From the NCBI GenBank assembly GCA_051313645.2, contig JBNRSN020000029.1, positions 24,180,001-24,244,000 of the forward strand: a stretch of 64,000 nucleotides of DNA, written 5' to 3'. The stretch is from Centroscyllium fabricii. Lineage: Eukaryota. Position 1 is the stretch's first letter. Each line of letters starts with the position of its first letter. Shown here one piece after another: positions 1 to 13,285 of the stretch. The notes under the pieces are model-generated. The model was given only the letters and a program-made list of their open reading frames with translations. It was not told the DNA's origin and did not search any database. A program made the position numbers and the translations under genes.

Positions 1-730
1 GCATGAACAGAGAGACCTGGGGGTATATGTGCTCAAATCGTTGAAGGTGGCAGAACAGGTTGGGAAAGCACTTAAAGAGAGCTTACGGGATCCTGGGCTT
101 CTTGAATAGAGGTGTAGAGTACACAAGCTTTTTAAATTATGATGCTCCTGTATAAAGCACTGGTTCGGCTCCAACTGCAGTATTGTGTCCAATTCTGGGC
201 ACCACAATTTAGGAGGGATGTGAAGGCCTTAGGAATGGTACAGAAAAAGATTGACAAGAATGATTCCAGGGATAAGGGACATCCGTTACCTGGATAGACT
301 GGAGAAGCTCGGGTTGTATTCCTTAGAACAGAGATAATTGAGAGGAGATTTGTTAAAGGTGTTTAAAATAATGAGGGGTCTGTACAGAGCAGTTAGAGAG
401 GAACTGTTCCCATTGGCAGTAGTGTCGAGAATCAGAGGGCAGATACTTAAGATGATTGGAAAAAAAAAACAAAGACGACATAAGAAGAGCCTTTTTCAGA
501 CAGCGAGTGACAAGGATCTGGAATGCACTGCCTGAAAAGGTGGTGGGGGCAGATTCCATCACAGCCTTTAAAAATGAGTTGAATATGTAACTGAAGGAAA
601 GAAAATGCAGCGCGACAGGGAAAGGACGGGAGAGTGGGACTCGCTGAAGTGATCTTGCTGAGTGCCGGCACGGACTCGAAGTGCCGAATGGCATTCTTCC
701 GCGCTGTAACCATTCAAATCTCTGATTCTG
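1..730 (+). mobile_element. CR1 LINE 3' fragment (RT C-terminus and tail), degenerate
   Basis: Encodes CR1-type motifs (RDLGVYV, YCVQFWAP, ELFPLA); paralog at 60790-61490. Confidence 0.9.
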
Positions 731-1392
731 TGAAAGGCACTACATAAGTTCAAGATGTTGTTGTAATACAGTTTTTATAATATCCGTAACATAAAAATCC
801 AAACTTTACAAAATTAACTCTACGCAAAATGCCATGGGGAAATTAATTTCAGTAACATCCATTGCACCTTTGCAACACATCTTTCCGCTTATTTGTGTTT
901 CCTCAGTTTGCTGATAAATATTTAACTCACGGCCTGTTCACATTAATAGTCACAAGCAGTATCAGATAGACATAGCGTGTTTGACCGCTCGAAGATGTGT
1001 CAAAATCATAATCCAGTTATAACGGCACAACAGGAGGCTATTCAGCTTATCGAGTCGGTGCCGGCTCTCTGTGTAGAGAATTCCAGTCCGTCCTGTTCCC
1101 CCGCTCTATCTCCGTAGCCCTGCAAGTTTATTTCCCTCAGGTGCCAATCCAGTCTCCCCTTGAAAACATCCTCCTGCTGTTTATTTTCATAATCCTACAG
1201 AATATTCGAAATTGACCTCAACATGTTATACACCTCTTAAATATCGGAATGGTTAGATTGTTGTAATGATCGCTGCGATTCTTCCAGATTTGATAAATTT
1301 GCAGAAAATTAAATATCACAAAACCGTTATTGCCACCAGTAAACACGGTCAGTGACGTGTGAATTTAACCTGTTGGAAAAGTATTTTTAGTT

Positions 1393-1474
1393 GCTGCGAT
1401 GGCCGAGTGGTTAAGGCGTTGGACTTGAAATCCAATGGGGTTTCCTCATGCAGGTTCGAACCCTGCTTGCAGCG
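1393..1474 (+). tRNA. tRNA-Ser(TGA), partly decayed
   Basis: GCTGCGATGGCCGAGTGGTTAAGGCGTTGGAC-TTGAAA-TCCAA...GGTTCGAACCCTGCTTGCAGCG; CpG-type changes in the variable arm. Confidence 0.88.
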
Positions 1475-1509
1475 GGTTCTTTCATTATTGTATTTCTTCA
1501 ATCTGATCC

Positions 1510-2118
1510 CTCTGGAATGATTTTGACATTTTCGATCTCGATTTTAAGGAAAATAAAGGACTGGCGACTAACCTGGATCACTTAATTACTTCAAGAAGGC
1601 TTGCTGCGTTTGCTGGCCAATTCTTAAAATTTGCTGCAGATTGTTTGGAAGCTCCAGATAAGGAGGCCTCGAGAGTCTCTGAGGAACCTTCTCAGACACT
1701 CGGTGCTGTCCGGTAGCATCATTCTGTGTAACGATGGGAGAGAGAGAATTGAAAGTCACTGGAAAGCTTGTTTCTGTTAGCAGCAATGGTATAAGAGCTG
1801 CCATTCTAAAGTAAAAAGCAGAATCCAGTCCAGGAGACAGTCCAGGAGACAGTCAAACGGAGAGGGGATCGCGAAGACTGACCAGAAACACACCAAGAAA
1901 CGTATCAACAGATAATTCATCTCTCCGACTCCCGAAGCAGAAGAATTGACCATTCTGAGTTTCGAGTTGTACCACTGACGTAAAGGTTGTACAAATCTCT
2001 CTGTGTAAAACTTGTACGAAATGTTAATAAAAACATTTGTTCGGAAAGTGCAAAGCCTTGGTTGATCTTAGCTCTGATTACCCTAAAGAGTGAAGAGAGT
2101 TAAAACAAAAACCCAACA
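1510..2118 (+). mobile_element. Probable solo LTR
   Basis: AATAAA at ~2026 and ...cccaaca terminus; left boundary uncertain; also present in copy B. Confidence 0.4.
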
Positions 2119-3343
2119 GTTCCTGCTGTCCAAGATAACATTTTCCTCGCGAGCATGCTACATCTAGCTCATGGCATGGTTCAAATTACTAATATGTAGT
2201 CGGAATGGGAAACTTTGATGGACTGTGGTGGAGAGCAGTGGAGTGGTGCGCGGGCATTTAACTCACTGGGCGAAACTTTTTCTTCCTTGTTCTGAACCTG
2301 GCTTCAGAGGACCAGTAAAACCGATCGCAGGACTAATCCATTGTGTTTCGCAATATAAAATTGCACTCTAACTATTTCTAGCCAACAATGTTAGCCTCCA
2401 TTTATTAAAAATATTTTTCCACTTACAAATTGTTTTGTCAGAATCAATTGCTCTGAAGCTACATTGTCGCCCGTCTCCACATCCTGATATTGTAAACACT
2501 GCCATAAATATACTGCACTCAAATTGCTGTGAGAGCGAAGTGAAAGGTAAATGTGAAGATAACCTAACTTCAATAACACGATGATGATAAAATTCATTGT
2601 TTTCGATGCGATTGGGGGCAGCTTAAATGGTTCTTTAAACACATGAGCTGTGTTTTGTTTTGCTTGTTTTGGTTTCGCATTTTTAATGTAAGCAAGGAAG
2701 GAAAATATCTCTAATCCGAGATTCCTCGCTGTATTTATCGGCTCTGTATATATCCCCTCCTGCTCACTGTTTCTTTGTTCAGTTCTGAGCAATGACAGAC
2801 AAGGGTATTAAGGGCTATAGAACCGAGGCGGGTGGATTGAGTTAAGATACAGATTGAGTTGAGTTAATCAGCCATGACATAAATGAATGGGGGACAGGCT
2901 CGAAGGGCTGAATGGCCTCCCCCATTTCCTGTGTTCCTATGTATGGTCCAAACCCCTAAAATAAACCTTTCTGTTTTGTCCACAGATGTTGAATGACCAG
3001 CCGTGTGGGTCCAGTGTTTTTGTTTTGCTGTTTAAAGCTAGGTTTTGGGGAATGAGCTTATGAAGTGGAAACCTGTCGTGGATGGAGGGTGGGTTGGTTT
3101 TCTGGAAGGAGCAAGTCAACTGGGCCGAAAAATCCCCTCCAGACCAAATTACCAAAATATTCCCCACCTCACTACCGCATAACGGCAAGTACTGCTCCAC
3201 TCTACCATATAAACCCAACTAGTGTCCCTTCAATTCGACAATCTTCACCAGTGTCCCCACTATTATACAACCTCAGATGCGCATGTACGGAGTGTGGGTC
3301 TTTGACAGTGGGTTTTATGCAACAGCAACCGTCAGTCCTCTTG

Positions 3344-5479
3344 TGTAACGGAATGGTGGCGGGGCCCAAATGCAGAGACACTGAAACGTCTTTCTAAAGC
3401 AAAAACTCCTTTAATATATATATATAACAAATTACCCAAAAACATAATAAAAGTATTCACACACAAATATATACATCTAAACAAGTTCCCCTTCGGAACT
3501 GGCTCCAAATTTCCCAAAGTTGTGAGGAATGAGTAGAGGAATGCTACGCAGCCAAGCGCATCATTTACCAGAGGAATTCCTGTCCAAATCCTGTAAAACA
3601 GGTAGCAAGCAATGTCCAAACCTGAGTTCGGGTGTTGATGAACCAAATGTCCAAGTAGTAGATTCTGAACACTCTTCCGAGTCCGCCCTGCGGTCGAGAC
3701 TCACTCAGACTGTGTCTTCAGAGGAAGAGAATACCTGATCCACAAGCAGGGGAATGCCCTTACTAAACATATGAATGTCCAAACCTGAACTGCAGAATAG
3801 CAGAGTGCAATGTCAAGGCTGAGTGATATGAGCTCCAAACCTCATTGCCTCTCAAGTAGCCCAGCCTGAGCTGCAGGTGGCTGAACACAATGTCCAGACT
3901 GATGACAAATTGTAATTCACTGAAGTCTACTCCACAGCCAGTCTCACTCCAGCTGCCACAGCTAGTCTCACTCTAGCCGAGTCTTCCAAAGAGAATCCGT
4001 CCTCAATAGGGCAAGGGAAAGCCCAAACCCATAGCCTCTCCAGCAGCACAGAATCAGTAACCACTTCTTCCAGTGGTTTGTAGAATGTCTTAGTGAAATC
4101 CAATGATCCCGCACCTGCCACATCCAGACCTCCAGCTTATGAGCCAAAACCGGCAAACAGATCATTTGGGTTTAACCAACCAGCTGCAGGCACTGACATC
4201 AAGCACACACAGGAATGAGAGCACCTAATTGAGGTAATTTAACAATACAAACTAACACAACAAGATACAAAGATGGATACCTTAAAGCGGTATACACCTT
4301 AAAAAGGTATGCCAACTGTGACAGAACCCCCCCCCCCTTAAAGGACGACTGCTGACGTCCAAAAGTACCCAAATACCAAAATTTAAGGTGGGTGGAGGGG
4401 TACGGAAGAGGAACCAACCGTCCCCCATATATAAAAAGGAATAAAAGGAGAGCTAGACGCTTCAGTGTCTGCTGGACCCCAAATTTGGCGGGATCATTCT
4501 GTAACGGAATGGTGGTGGGGCCCAAATGCAGAGACACTGAAACGTCTTTCTAAAGCAAAAACTCCTTTAATATATATATATAACAAATTACCCAAAAACA
4601 TAATAAAAGTATTCACACACAAATATATACATCTAAACAAGTTCCCCTTCGGAACTGGCTCCAAATTTCCCAAAGTTGTGAGGAATGAGTAGAGGAATGC
4701 TACGCAGCCAAGCGCATCATTTACCAGAGGAATTCCTGTCCAAATCCTGTAAAACAGGTAGCAAGCAATGTCCAAACCTGAGTTAGGGTGATGATGAACC
4801 AAATGTCCAAGTAGTAGATTCTGAACTCTCTTCCGAGTCCGCCCTGCGGTCGAGACTCACTCCGACTGAGTCTTCAGAGGAAGAGAATACCTGATCCCCA
4901 AGCAGGGGAACGCCCTTACTAAACATATGAATGTCCAAACCTGAACTGCAGAATAGCAGAGTGCAATGTCAAGGCTGAGTGATATGAGCTCCAAACCTCA
5001 TTGCCTCTCAAGCAGCCCAGCCTGAGCTGCAGGTGGCTGAACACAATGTCCAGGCTGATGACAAATTGTAATTCACTGAAGTCTACTCCACAGCCAGTCT
5101 CACTCTAGCTGCCACAGCTAGTCTCACTCTAGCCGAGTCTTCCAAAGAGAATCCGTCCTCAATAGGGCAAGGGAAAGCCCAAACCCATAGCCTCTCCAGC
5201 AGCACAGAAGCAGTAACCACTTTTTCCAGTGGTTTGTAGAATGTCTTAATGAAATCCAATGATCCCGCACCTGCCACATCCAGACCTCCAGCTTATGAGC
5301 CAAAACCGGCAAACAGATCATTTGGGTTTAACCAACCAGCTGCAGGCACTGACATCAAGCACACACAGGAATGAGAGCACCTAATTGAGGTAATTTAGCA
5401 ATACAAACTAACACAACAAGATACAAAGATGGATACCTTAAAGGGGTATACACCTTAAAAAGGTATGCCAACTGTGACA
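3344..5479 (-). mobile_element. Non-autonomous mini LTR retrotransposon (TRIM-like): LTRs 3344-4323 and 4500-5479, 176-bp non-coding interior
   Basis: Two ~980-bp direct repeats with TG..CA ends, G-rich PPT abutting the 3' LTR, flanking duplication CTCTTG. Confidence 0.92.
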
Positions 5480-5648
5480 CTCTTGTGTCACACTAAGTAA
5501 AACTAGATGCCATAAATATAAGATCCTCAATAATAAATCCAGTAGGGAATTCAGGGAAAACTTGTTTATGGAAAGAGCGGTTGGAATGTGGAAGTATCAC
5601 AGGCAGCAGGCATCAGTGAGGGGAGAAGCGTGATTTTAGCTGTAAAAT

Positions 5649-5725
5649 GATTCCGTGGCTTAGCTGGTCAAAGCGCCTTCCTAGTTTAAACACGAGAGCC
5701 TGGGTTCAAATCCTGGCGTGGTACT
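5649..5725 (+). pseudogene. tRNA-Thr(AGT) pseudogene
   Basis: CCGTGGCTTAGCTGGTCAAAGCGCCT..CTAGT..CCTGGGTTCAAATCC resembles vertebrate Thr-AGT; stems disrupted. Confidence 0.75.
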
Positions 5726-6820
5726 TTTAAATAACAAAATATTCTCTTATGATCGCACAGAGCCTGGTTGCTTCCCGTTTGAAAGTACTGTAATCCTTTG
5801 GATGGGAACAGATAAAGGCTCATCACAAATACATATTAAAGTCTGACTGGCATTCGGCCAACGTTATAACATTTCCTCCAGTCAGCAACAGAAAGTTACC
5901 GGGTCATTAATGGCGATTAAAGCAATTATTCATCTTGATAATGCCTTTAATTATATGTTAGTGTCATTGATTTAATAAGCTGCACAACTGTTTTATAAAA
6001 ATCAGTCCGGAAATAACCCCGTGCTGCGGTTGCACCGAATTCCAACCCCTGGCCCACCAGGGACCGCTCCACCTAGCAGCTGTGAGAGCTGTAAATATAC
6101 AGGGTGCACCCCCGCTAGGTACAAATATATTCCTGGCTTGTGTTCGATATAAATGTTTATTATCTCTGCATATTACAAGTGTCTGTAGATATATCTGAAT
6201 GAATTATTCATTTATTGGCGTTCATCTGCTTTAATTGTGAATTGAGGCAGTGCATTACAGACCCCAACAACTCGCAGTGTAAAACAATGGTTCCTAATGT
6301 CACCTCGATTCTTCGGTCAATCACCTTCAATCTGTGTCCTCTGGTCACCGACTAATCAACGACTGGAAAAATGTTTCTCCTCATTTACGATATCAAACCC
6401 GTTCATGAATTTAAACACCTGTTATAACCTCTGCTCTAAGGAGAACAACCCCAGCTTCTCCAATCTCCCACATTCTGAAGTCACTCGTCCCTGTTACCAT
6501 TCCAGTAAATCACTTCTGTTCATTTCTTCCTTCTAGTGAAACGATTATATGAAAAAGCAAGAACAGAATACAAAATAGAGAAATTCATACTGAGCAAAAT
6601 GTATTTGAATGTTTAAGAACATAATAAATTGGAGCAGGAGTAGAACATTCGGCCCTTCGAGCCTGCTCCCAAATTAAATGAGATCATGACTGCTCCTAGA
6701 AATTGAAATAACAGAATATCTGAGTTTTATGATCGGCCAGTGAGAGGAATACATCTTTCAATCGGGCTTTGGCTGTTGGATTTACTGATAAAGACAGACA
6801 GAGAGGTATGCTGTGTACAG

Positions 6821-6893
6821 GCCCGGCTTGCTCAGTCGGTAGAGCATGAGATTCTTAATCTCAGGGTCGTGGGTTCGAGCCCTACGTTGGGCG
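6821..6893 (+). tRNA. tRNA-Lys(CTT)
   Basis: GCCCGGC..TCAGTCGGTAGAGCATGAGA-TTCTTAA-TCTCAGGGTCGTGGGTTCGAGCCCTACGTTGGGCG followed by TTTT; about 3 deviations from consensus. Confidence 0.9.
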
Positions 6894-8204
6894 GTTGCTT
6901 TTACTACTGATGGTCCAGCCGATCCTCAGCTCTGAATTCCGCGGGAGAGAGTCCAAGGCCTGTTTGATATAAATAAGATTCAACAACAATATCAGAAAAT
7001 CTCTCCATGAATCTGGACTCTTATCTCTCTCTCGTTGAACTTCATATCATCTCACCTGCAGTGCGGCTCAGTGGGACTTAGGGCCAGTCTCTCCCTTCAG
7101 AACCCATCAGGGCCGGGAAAACAACGGGGAATTTTACACACATGTTGTGCTCTCTAACTTCTTATAAAAACTTCAGGATACTTCTCTCCATGTCCAGCCC
7201 TGTGAGGTCTCCCCCGGTGGGTCAGCTTTAGATGTTTATAAACACGTCCGCAGAACATTAACATAACCTGAGCTCCGAGATCTGGCCGGGTCCCATTCCC
7301 CCGAAGTGATTAATGAGCAGGAGGGATTTTGTGTCTCTTTCTTTGGGTCCTTTTCTCGAACTTCCCAATTTAAACTGAAGTCTTTCATCCGTCACTGAAG
7401 GGTTGGGTTTGAATAGAGGGAGACATCAAGGATGGGAACTATTTCTATTGTCTGTATTTAGCTTTTATTTCTCTGCCTCCTTCTGCACTTTTCTCTGATT
7501 TATTCCCACCCGGTGCCCAGTGAACATTTACCCAAAACTGAGGCATTTACACATCTCGGGGCGGTCACACACGCTCTGTCGGTCTGTTACTGCTTGTAAC
7601 TATGAACGGGAACAGGCCGCCAGTTAAACTTTTATTAGCAAACTGAAGAAAGACAAATAAACTGAAAGATGTGTTACTCCGCCCCAGTGCAAAGGCGAAA
7701 TGGATTTTACTCAAAATAATTTCCCCCTGACAGTTTGTGTAGATGTTTTGTAAAATCTGCATTTTCAGTGTCAGGAGAAACTGAAAAGGTAAGAAATAAA
7801 CTGCTGATGACCCGTACAAGAATTAAACCCGTTCCCTGAGCGATATCAGCAGCGCGCTCTGAACAACTGTGAAAACCGGCCAGAAATAGCTGTCCGGATT
7901 GTTCGAGCCCCGCGCTGGGCGGTTTGTGTTTTACTTCTCACACTGGGTCACAGTGTTATTGTAGAGACAATGAACACACCACATCGCTTAAACATTGTTC
8001 CGATATAAAATAATCACTATTATTAACCGATTGTGTAAATCCAAAGTAACAGATAGAGAGAACTTAACTGCGAAAAGAATTATTGCGCCAACAGTGAAGG
8101 GAATCTGCCGGCCTCCGCCATTCTCATCCTGTGACTGTGGGAGTTTGGTTCGGGCAGCGGCTTGACTGTGACGACACGAGCCCTCCCCTCACCCCCGCTA
8201 CACA

Positions 8205-8548
8205 GAAATATAGAAGATAGGAGCAGGAGTCGGCCATTCGGCCCCTCGAGCCTATTCTGCCATTTAATGAGATCACGGATGATCATCCAAATTCAGTAAC
8301 CTGTCCCTGCCTTCTCCCCATATCTCTTGATCCCTTTAGCCTTAAGAATTGTCTCTGATTCCTTCTGGAATATATTTAATGAATTGGCCTCAACTGCCTT
8401 CTGTGGTAGAGAATTCCCCATGTTCACCACTCTCTGGGTGAAAACATTCCTCCTCATCTCTGTCCTAAATGGCTTACCCCTTATCGTTAGACTGTGACCC
8501 TTGGTTCTGGACTCCCCCGCCAGCGGGACCATCCATCCTTGTTCATCC
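8205..8548 (-). mobile_element. CR1 3' end fragment
   Basis: RGKPFRTEMRRNVFTQRVV motif and typical CR1 tail. Confidence 0.85.
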
Positions 8549-9572
8549 TGAAAAGTGTCTGGCAAAAATTCACAACAGGCGAGGAGAAAGTAACCCTTCG
8601 GAGAGGTTTGTGTTCCTGAATCACGAACTATTCTGGCTCTTTTTGACATGTCCCCATTCAATGTACAGACCCTCTCCTCAGTCTGCCCCTCGAGACCTGT
8701 CAACTCACATTTCTCTCCAGCTAATTTCAAATCATGTTTTACACACCCCTCCAGGATTGACCTGGAGTCCCCTTCAAGCTTTATTCAACCGGATTTGGTC
8801 GCCCCAATTGGCCCGCACAGCCTTGGGACCATTTGGGTTTGTCTGGGTTAAGGCTCACTTGGGGGATTGTCAGTTTAATGGTTGTTTGTTTGTGGCTCTG
8901 TATCCATGTAATGGCTTCCAACAAATTGGTTTTCCCATTGTAATTTGTGGTTATTTGAGTGACAATGACACGTTGCGTGCCAAGGAGACCCGGATGAACG
9001 CTTCGTATAACGAAGCCAATCTGTCCTACTCCGAAATTGATCTGATATTTTGTCGGATGTCAGAGGACAATATTTTTGTGATACTGTTCATCAGGGCGAT
9101 GGTAATTGAACATCCTGTATGGAAGATCTCGCTCCTGTAATTTTGATGTTCGGTTAAATTAATCTCTAATTGTGCATCGGGAGTTTGGGCGTCCTTGTAA
9201 TTCTCAGCACCGTGTTGAGGTGAATCCTTGTTTGTGTTCAACGTGATGTAGCAAACTTGTATAGATAATCCGTGAGTTTACACATCTTCCCGTTTGTGCC
9301 AAATTTTTACTCACTGCGTTGAAATCGAATCTGTTTCCTGCACACTATTCTTTGCCTGATAGTTGCTGGTTTAACAGTTAAAACTGACCCCACCTTTCCT
9401 CCTGCAAATAAACAATACTGAAGAGCTCCTTTTATAGTCTCATCCGTTTTTGCAACAAGGTGGGCCTGAGAAAGCAAAGAGCTCACGTGGAACAAATAAC
9501 AAGTCGATAGTTTCCCAAACACCAATTGTACCATCTGTTCCGTGAGAAATATTGCATCGCCAAAGCATTGGC

Positions 9573-9667
9573 TACATCAGTTGAGGCTCGAAATCACAAC
9601 CTCGGCATTTCACCGAGTCTGCAATGTTGTATAAGCACTGCGCACTAGAGCCGTGCGACAATCAGGG
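9573..9667 (-). pseudogene. Intron-containing tRNA-Ile(TAT) pseudogene
   Basis: Reverse complement gives ..CTTATA[~21-nt intron]ATGCCGAGGTTGTGATTTCGAGCCTCA; D and acceptor arms decayed. Confidence 0.75.
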
Positions 9668-9726
9668 TGATTTATCGGTGCTCATTTACTTGCACATCTC
9701 ATGTTGTCTCATCGTGCCGGGACACA

Positions 9727-9815
9727 GGGCTCATCCGGGATTTGAACCAGTTACCGCTTTCATTTTAATTTAATTGAATTACAAAAACCAGAACCACACC
9801 CTAGACCAAAGAGCC
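9727..9815 (-). pseudogene. tRNA-Pro pseudogene with intron-sized insert
   Basis: GGCTC..TGGTCTAGGG...GTTCAAATCCCGGATGAGCCC; 89 nt long. Confidence 0.7.
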
Positions 9816-10545
9816 GCTAACAGTGCATTGCGTGTTTAATCTGAGCAATGATAAATTCACATACATAAATCGGACATTTTAGATCAGAAACAACGTTAAA
9901 TCACATATATTGCTCAAAGGCATGATATGTGTGAATATGACATTAAAAGTGTTTCCATACAGTGGGTGGATTTAAAGCAGATTCGGGGTCAGTGTTTTCC
10001 AAGGAGATATTCGCTGTGTCTCTCTTGCCTCCCACTCCACTTCCTCCCACACGCTGCCGGTTTTTACACCTTGTTTTAAATCTGCTACTCTGGGCCAGTG
10101 CATTCTACAGTCTCAAAAATACCGTTTCAATTATTGACTTCTCTGTTTATTGTTTATGAATCACCTTGAGGTGCAATTGTGGCGTTTGTGACGTCAAATT
10201 AAAAGGCGGCGAATTGGAAAAACTTTGGGGTCACAGTTTATTTTTGCCCAGAATTGAACCTCACTCATTCAAGCTGGAATGTTATATTTTCTGCATCGCA
10301 ACCAATGGCCCAGAGATTGGGGTCTCCAGGGGTGAGTACACGCTGGGTACACATCCGCAGGCCCCACGAAAGTGCCGTTTCGTGAATGCACTGCGCAAGC
10401 GCGGGAAACCGGTACTTCCGTTCCTTCGAGCTCAGGGGTTGAGAGGCGAAGCGCATGCGCGGGAGCGGCCGCGTGTGCCCATTGCACTTACGTTTTTTTA
10501 ATCGGCTTTTCTGTCAGGGTAAGTGTCCAACAGTTGCATTTGGCA

Positions 10546-10627
10546 GACGAGGTGGCCGAGAGGTTAAGTCTATGGATTGCTAATCCATTGTGTTTTGCAC
10601 GCGTGGGCTCGAATCCCATCCTCGTCG
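10546..10627 (+). tRNA. tRNA-Ser(GCT), decayed
   Basis: GACGAGGTGGCCGAG..TTGCTAATCCATTGTG..CGAATCCCATCCTCGTCG; B-box altered. Confidence 0.8.
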
Positions 10628-10976
10628 TTATTATTTTGCACTGAATGTTGCGTAAAACATAATTTGTAATCGCAATTTCATCAAAATCACGCTGGTGAGT
10701 CAGCGCTGTGCCCCTGCACTCTTCATGTCTTGTTAATATAATAGCAGACCCCTGGCGTTCTTGAACTGAAGGTGGAGCAGCAATCGCGAATCGCAGGTAC
10801 TCAACGAAAGACTGGCAGGGACAAAGCCGAATGATTAGGGAGAAGAACCATAACATTTCCTATTCGCAGGAAATGTGATTTCAACCATATTTATCGACCT
10901 TAATGGCGAGATTTTCTGTTTTAGTTTCATTGGTTGAGAGATAAGTTATGGGGAGTAATCCTGAATCTTTTACAGA

Positions 10977-11340
10977 GAAGATAGGAGCAGGAGTAGGCCA
11001 TTCGGCCCTTCGAGGCTGCTCCGCCATTAAACTAGATCATGGCCGATCATCCAAACCCAGCACCCTGCCTTGTCCCCATATCGCTCTCGAGCCAGCACCA
11101 ACACATATCCCACCCTATCCCCATAACCCCACCTATTGAATCGCCCTAACACTAATGGTCAATTTATCATAGCCAATCAACCTAACCCGCACATCTTTGG
11201 ACTGTGAAAGGAAACCGGAGCACCCGGAGGAAACCCACTCAGACACGGGGAGAATGTGCAAACTCCACACAGATAGTACCCGAGGTTGGATTTGAACCCG
11301 GTCTCTACTGCTGTAATGCTAACCACTATGCCACCGTTCG
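10977..11340 (-). mobile_element. HE1/V-SINE-like SINE
   Basis: tRNA-like head, core TGTGTGGAGTTTGCACATTCTCCCCGTG, CR1-type tail. Confidence 0.85.
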
Positions 11341-11832
11341 GCATCTTTTCATGGGATCTGAGGTCTCGGTTGAACCTCATACCAGAAAGACGGCACCGTT
11401 GACATTTTAGTTCTCCCTCAGCACTGCAATGGAGTGTCAGCCAGGATTATGTGATCAGGTCACTGGTGTGTGACTTGCGGTTGCTCCCGCTGAGCCACGT
11501 CTGACACCTCAACTCAGTTCATTCTGCTGGAATGAAATGACGGAGAGAAAGTGAGAATGATAGTCGAGCAAAACTTCAAATTAACCCAGTAGAATAAATC
11601 GCGCATTGTCATCTGCCGTCCGTTATATAAACCGCCGATTTATATTTCCATCCGTTTCATAAGCAATGATAATCAGGCCTGTTTATAATGGCGGGGTCAG
11701 TCAAGGTTCACTCTGTGTCTGGTTAAGCCGGGTATGCTCACAGTCCCGGATCATTCAGTGTGTCAGTACATTTTGAAGAAAAGCGATCGCAGATGTGATG
11801 GCTGATTTGGTGAGGTTTTACTAAATATGGCG

Positions 11833-11921
11833 GGGCTCGTTCGCGATGCGAACCCGGGATTTCTCGCATTTTATGTTGCGCAACTCCCAAAGCCGGAACC
11901 ATTCGACGAGACCAAGGAGTC
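11833..11921 (-). pseudogene. Intron-containing tRNA-Pro(TGG) pseudogene
   Basis: Pro backbone, TTTGGG loop, then a 17-nt insert ending TAAAA; T-loop degraded. Confidence 0.75.
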
Positions 11922-12101
11922 GCCGAGACCCTGACCGAAATTGCATTATGTTGCCCTGCGCTGTTGTGAACCCATGTCGCAGAGAACCTGTTCATTGACT
12001 TGAAATATGTTTATCTTTTCTGAAATTAACTTCTTTATATGAGCTCTTTCTCTGAATCTGCTCAAAACTCTGCGCATCAGATGAACACCGGAGCTAGCGG
12101 T

Positions 12102-12190
12102 GGCCGCGTGGCCTAATGGCTAAGGCGTCTAACTTCGGTGTAAATCTTTCAGTTATCAGAAAATTGCAGGTTCGAGTCCTGCCGCGGTCG
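12102..12190 (+). tRNA. tRNA-Arg(TCG) with 16-nt intron (anticodon stem mismatch)
   Basis: GGCCGCGTGGCCTAATGG..CTTCGG[TGTAAATCTTTCAGTT]ATCAGA..GGTTCGAGTCCTGCCGCGGTCG. Confidence 0.85.
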
Positions 12191-12438
12191 TTTAAATATA
12201 TGGGATGATCTTTTTCTTCCCTAGTCTGAATCTAGTTTCCAAACGACCATATATTTCAGTCCCTCACCTGAAAATAACGGAAGGCCTTTTGCTTACATGA
12301 AGCTGATTGTATATTTTTCAACATCGTAGATCTGAGTGCACGGGCAGGACAAGCGGGGAAGGGGACATTCGTTCAGAGTTGTTTCTGCTTAGATGAAAAT
12401 TACAGGACATGGAAAGATTGAATGCCGTGCATCTGGCA

Positions 12439-12523
12439 GACGAGGTGGCCGACAGGTTAAGAGGTGATGGAATGCTAATCCATTGTGTTCTGCACGCATG
12501 GGTTCGAATCGTCATCCTCGTCG
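12439..12523 (+). pseudogene. tRNA-Ser(GCT) pseudogene
   Basis: Same family as 10546, with small insertions. Confidence 0.8.
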
Positions 12524-13285
12524 TTATTACTGTGCATGAATGTTGCGCAAAGCAGGAGTTGTAATCGCAAATTCATCAACATCACACTGGTATTCAGCGC
12601 TGTGCCCCTGCACTCTTCATATCCTGTTACAATAATAGCAGACCATGGCCTTCTTGAATGAAGGTGGAACCGCAATCGCGAATCGTAGGTACTCAACTGA
12701 AAGACTGGGGAGCAGATTAGGGAGCAGAACCATAACGGGTTCGAACCTATCCAGAAGTTAATGCTGCGAAGTGACCGCTGAGTTAAACTGACGCTGATCA
12801 GAGAGCGGGAAACCGCTCAATATCAGCTCACAAACATCAGGGGCAGTGCAGTCTGGTCAGCGTCAAGCCCCTCCTTTCTTATTCAGCGACAGGAACGGAA
12901 GTCAGACACCATGAACTTTAATTAAAGGCACAAATACGAGAAACGTTTACATTCAAATCTTTTCACTGTACCATTCTATCACTTTATTTCAAATCTGACT
13001 ACGTTTGAATCTGTTCATTACTGACTCTATTTTCGGAGCGTGTCATGTTCAATCGGACCAAAGTTGCCCAGATTCCTGCGTTCATCAGCAATGAACATTT
13101 TAAACCAGACTCCTAAAGCACATTGTGTAAAATGAGATATTACAGTTAACATGCAAAGCACAAATAAAATGACTGAAGTATCGACTCTCGCTCAGTTATC
13201 AGTTCTTTCATTGTGCAAAAGAAGATCATCGGCTAATTAATGATGCTTTTCCGTGAAAGCAATATAAAGTTGAACAAAAAGGATT

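Larger units (their letters stand above)
1..3257 (+). repeat. Segmental/tandem duplication, copy A (matches 60790-64000)
   Basis: Colinear near-identity from gcatgaacagagagacctgg to caatcttcaccagtgtcc, with scattered substitutions and indels. Confidence 0.97.

Noticed and set aside
3332-3646. Duplicated ~104-aa ORFs (also 4494-4802; similar pairs at 23211/24337)
   Set aside because: Duplicated only because they lie in LTRs; not conserved between the two subfamilies
7901-7921. tRNA-Lys-like 3' end
   Set aside because: Only about 20 nt match; the rest of the cloverleaf is absent
8469-9560. 223-aa ORF / possible gag relic on the opposite strand
   Set aside because: The ORF starts in antisense CR1 and has no recognisable domain; the gag resemblance is too weak to support
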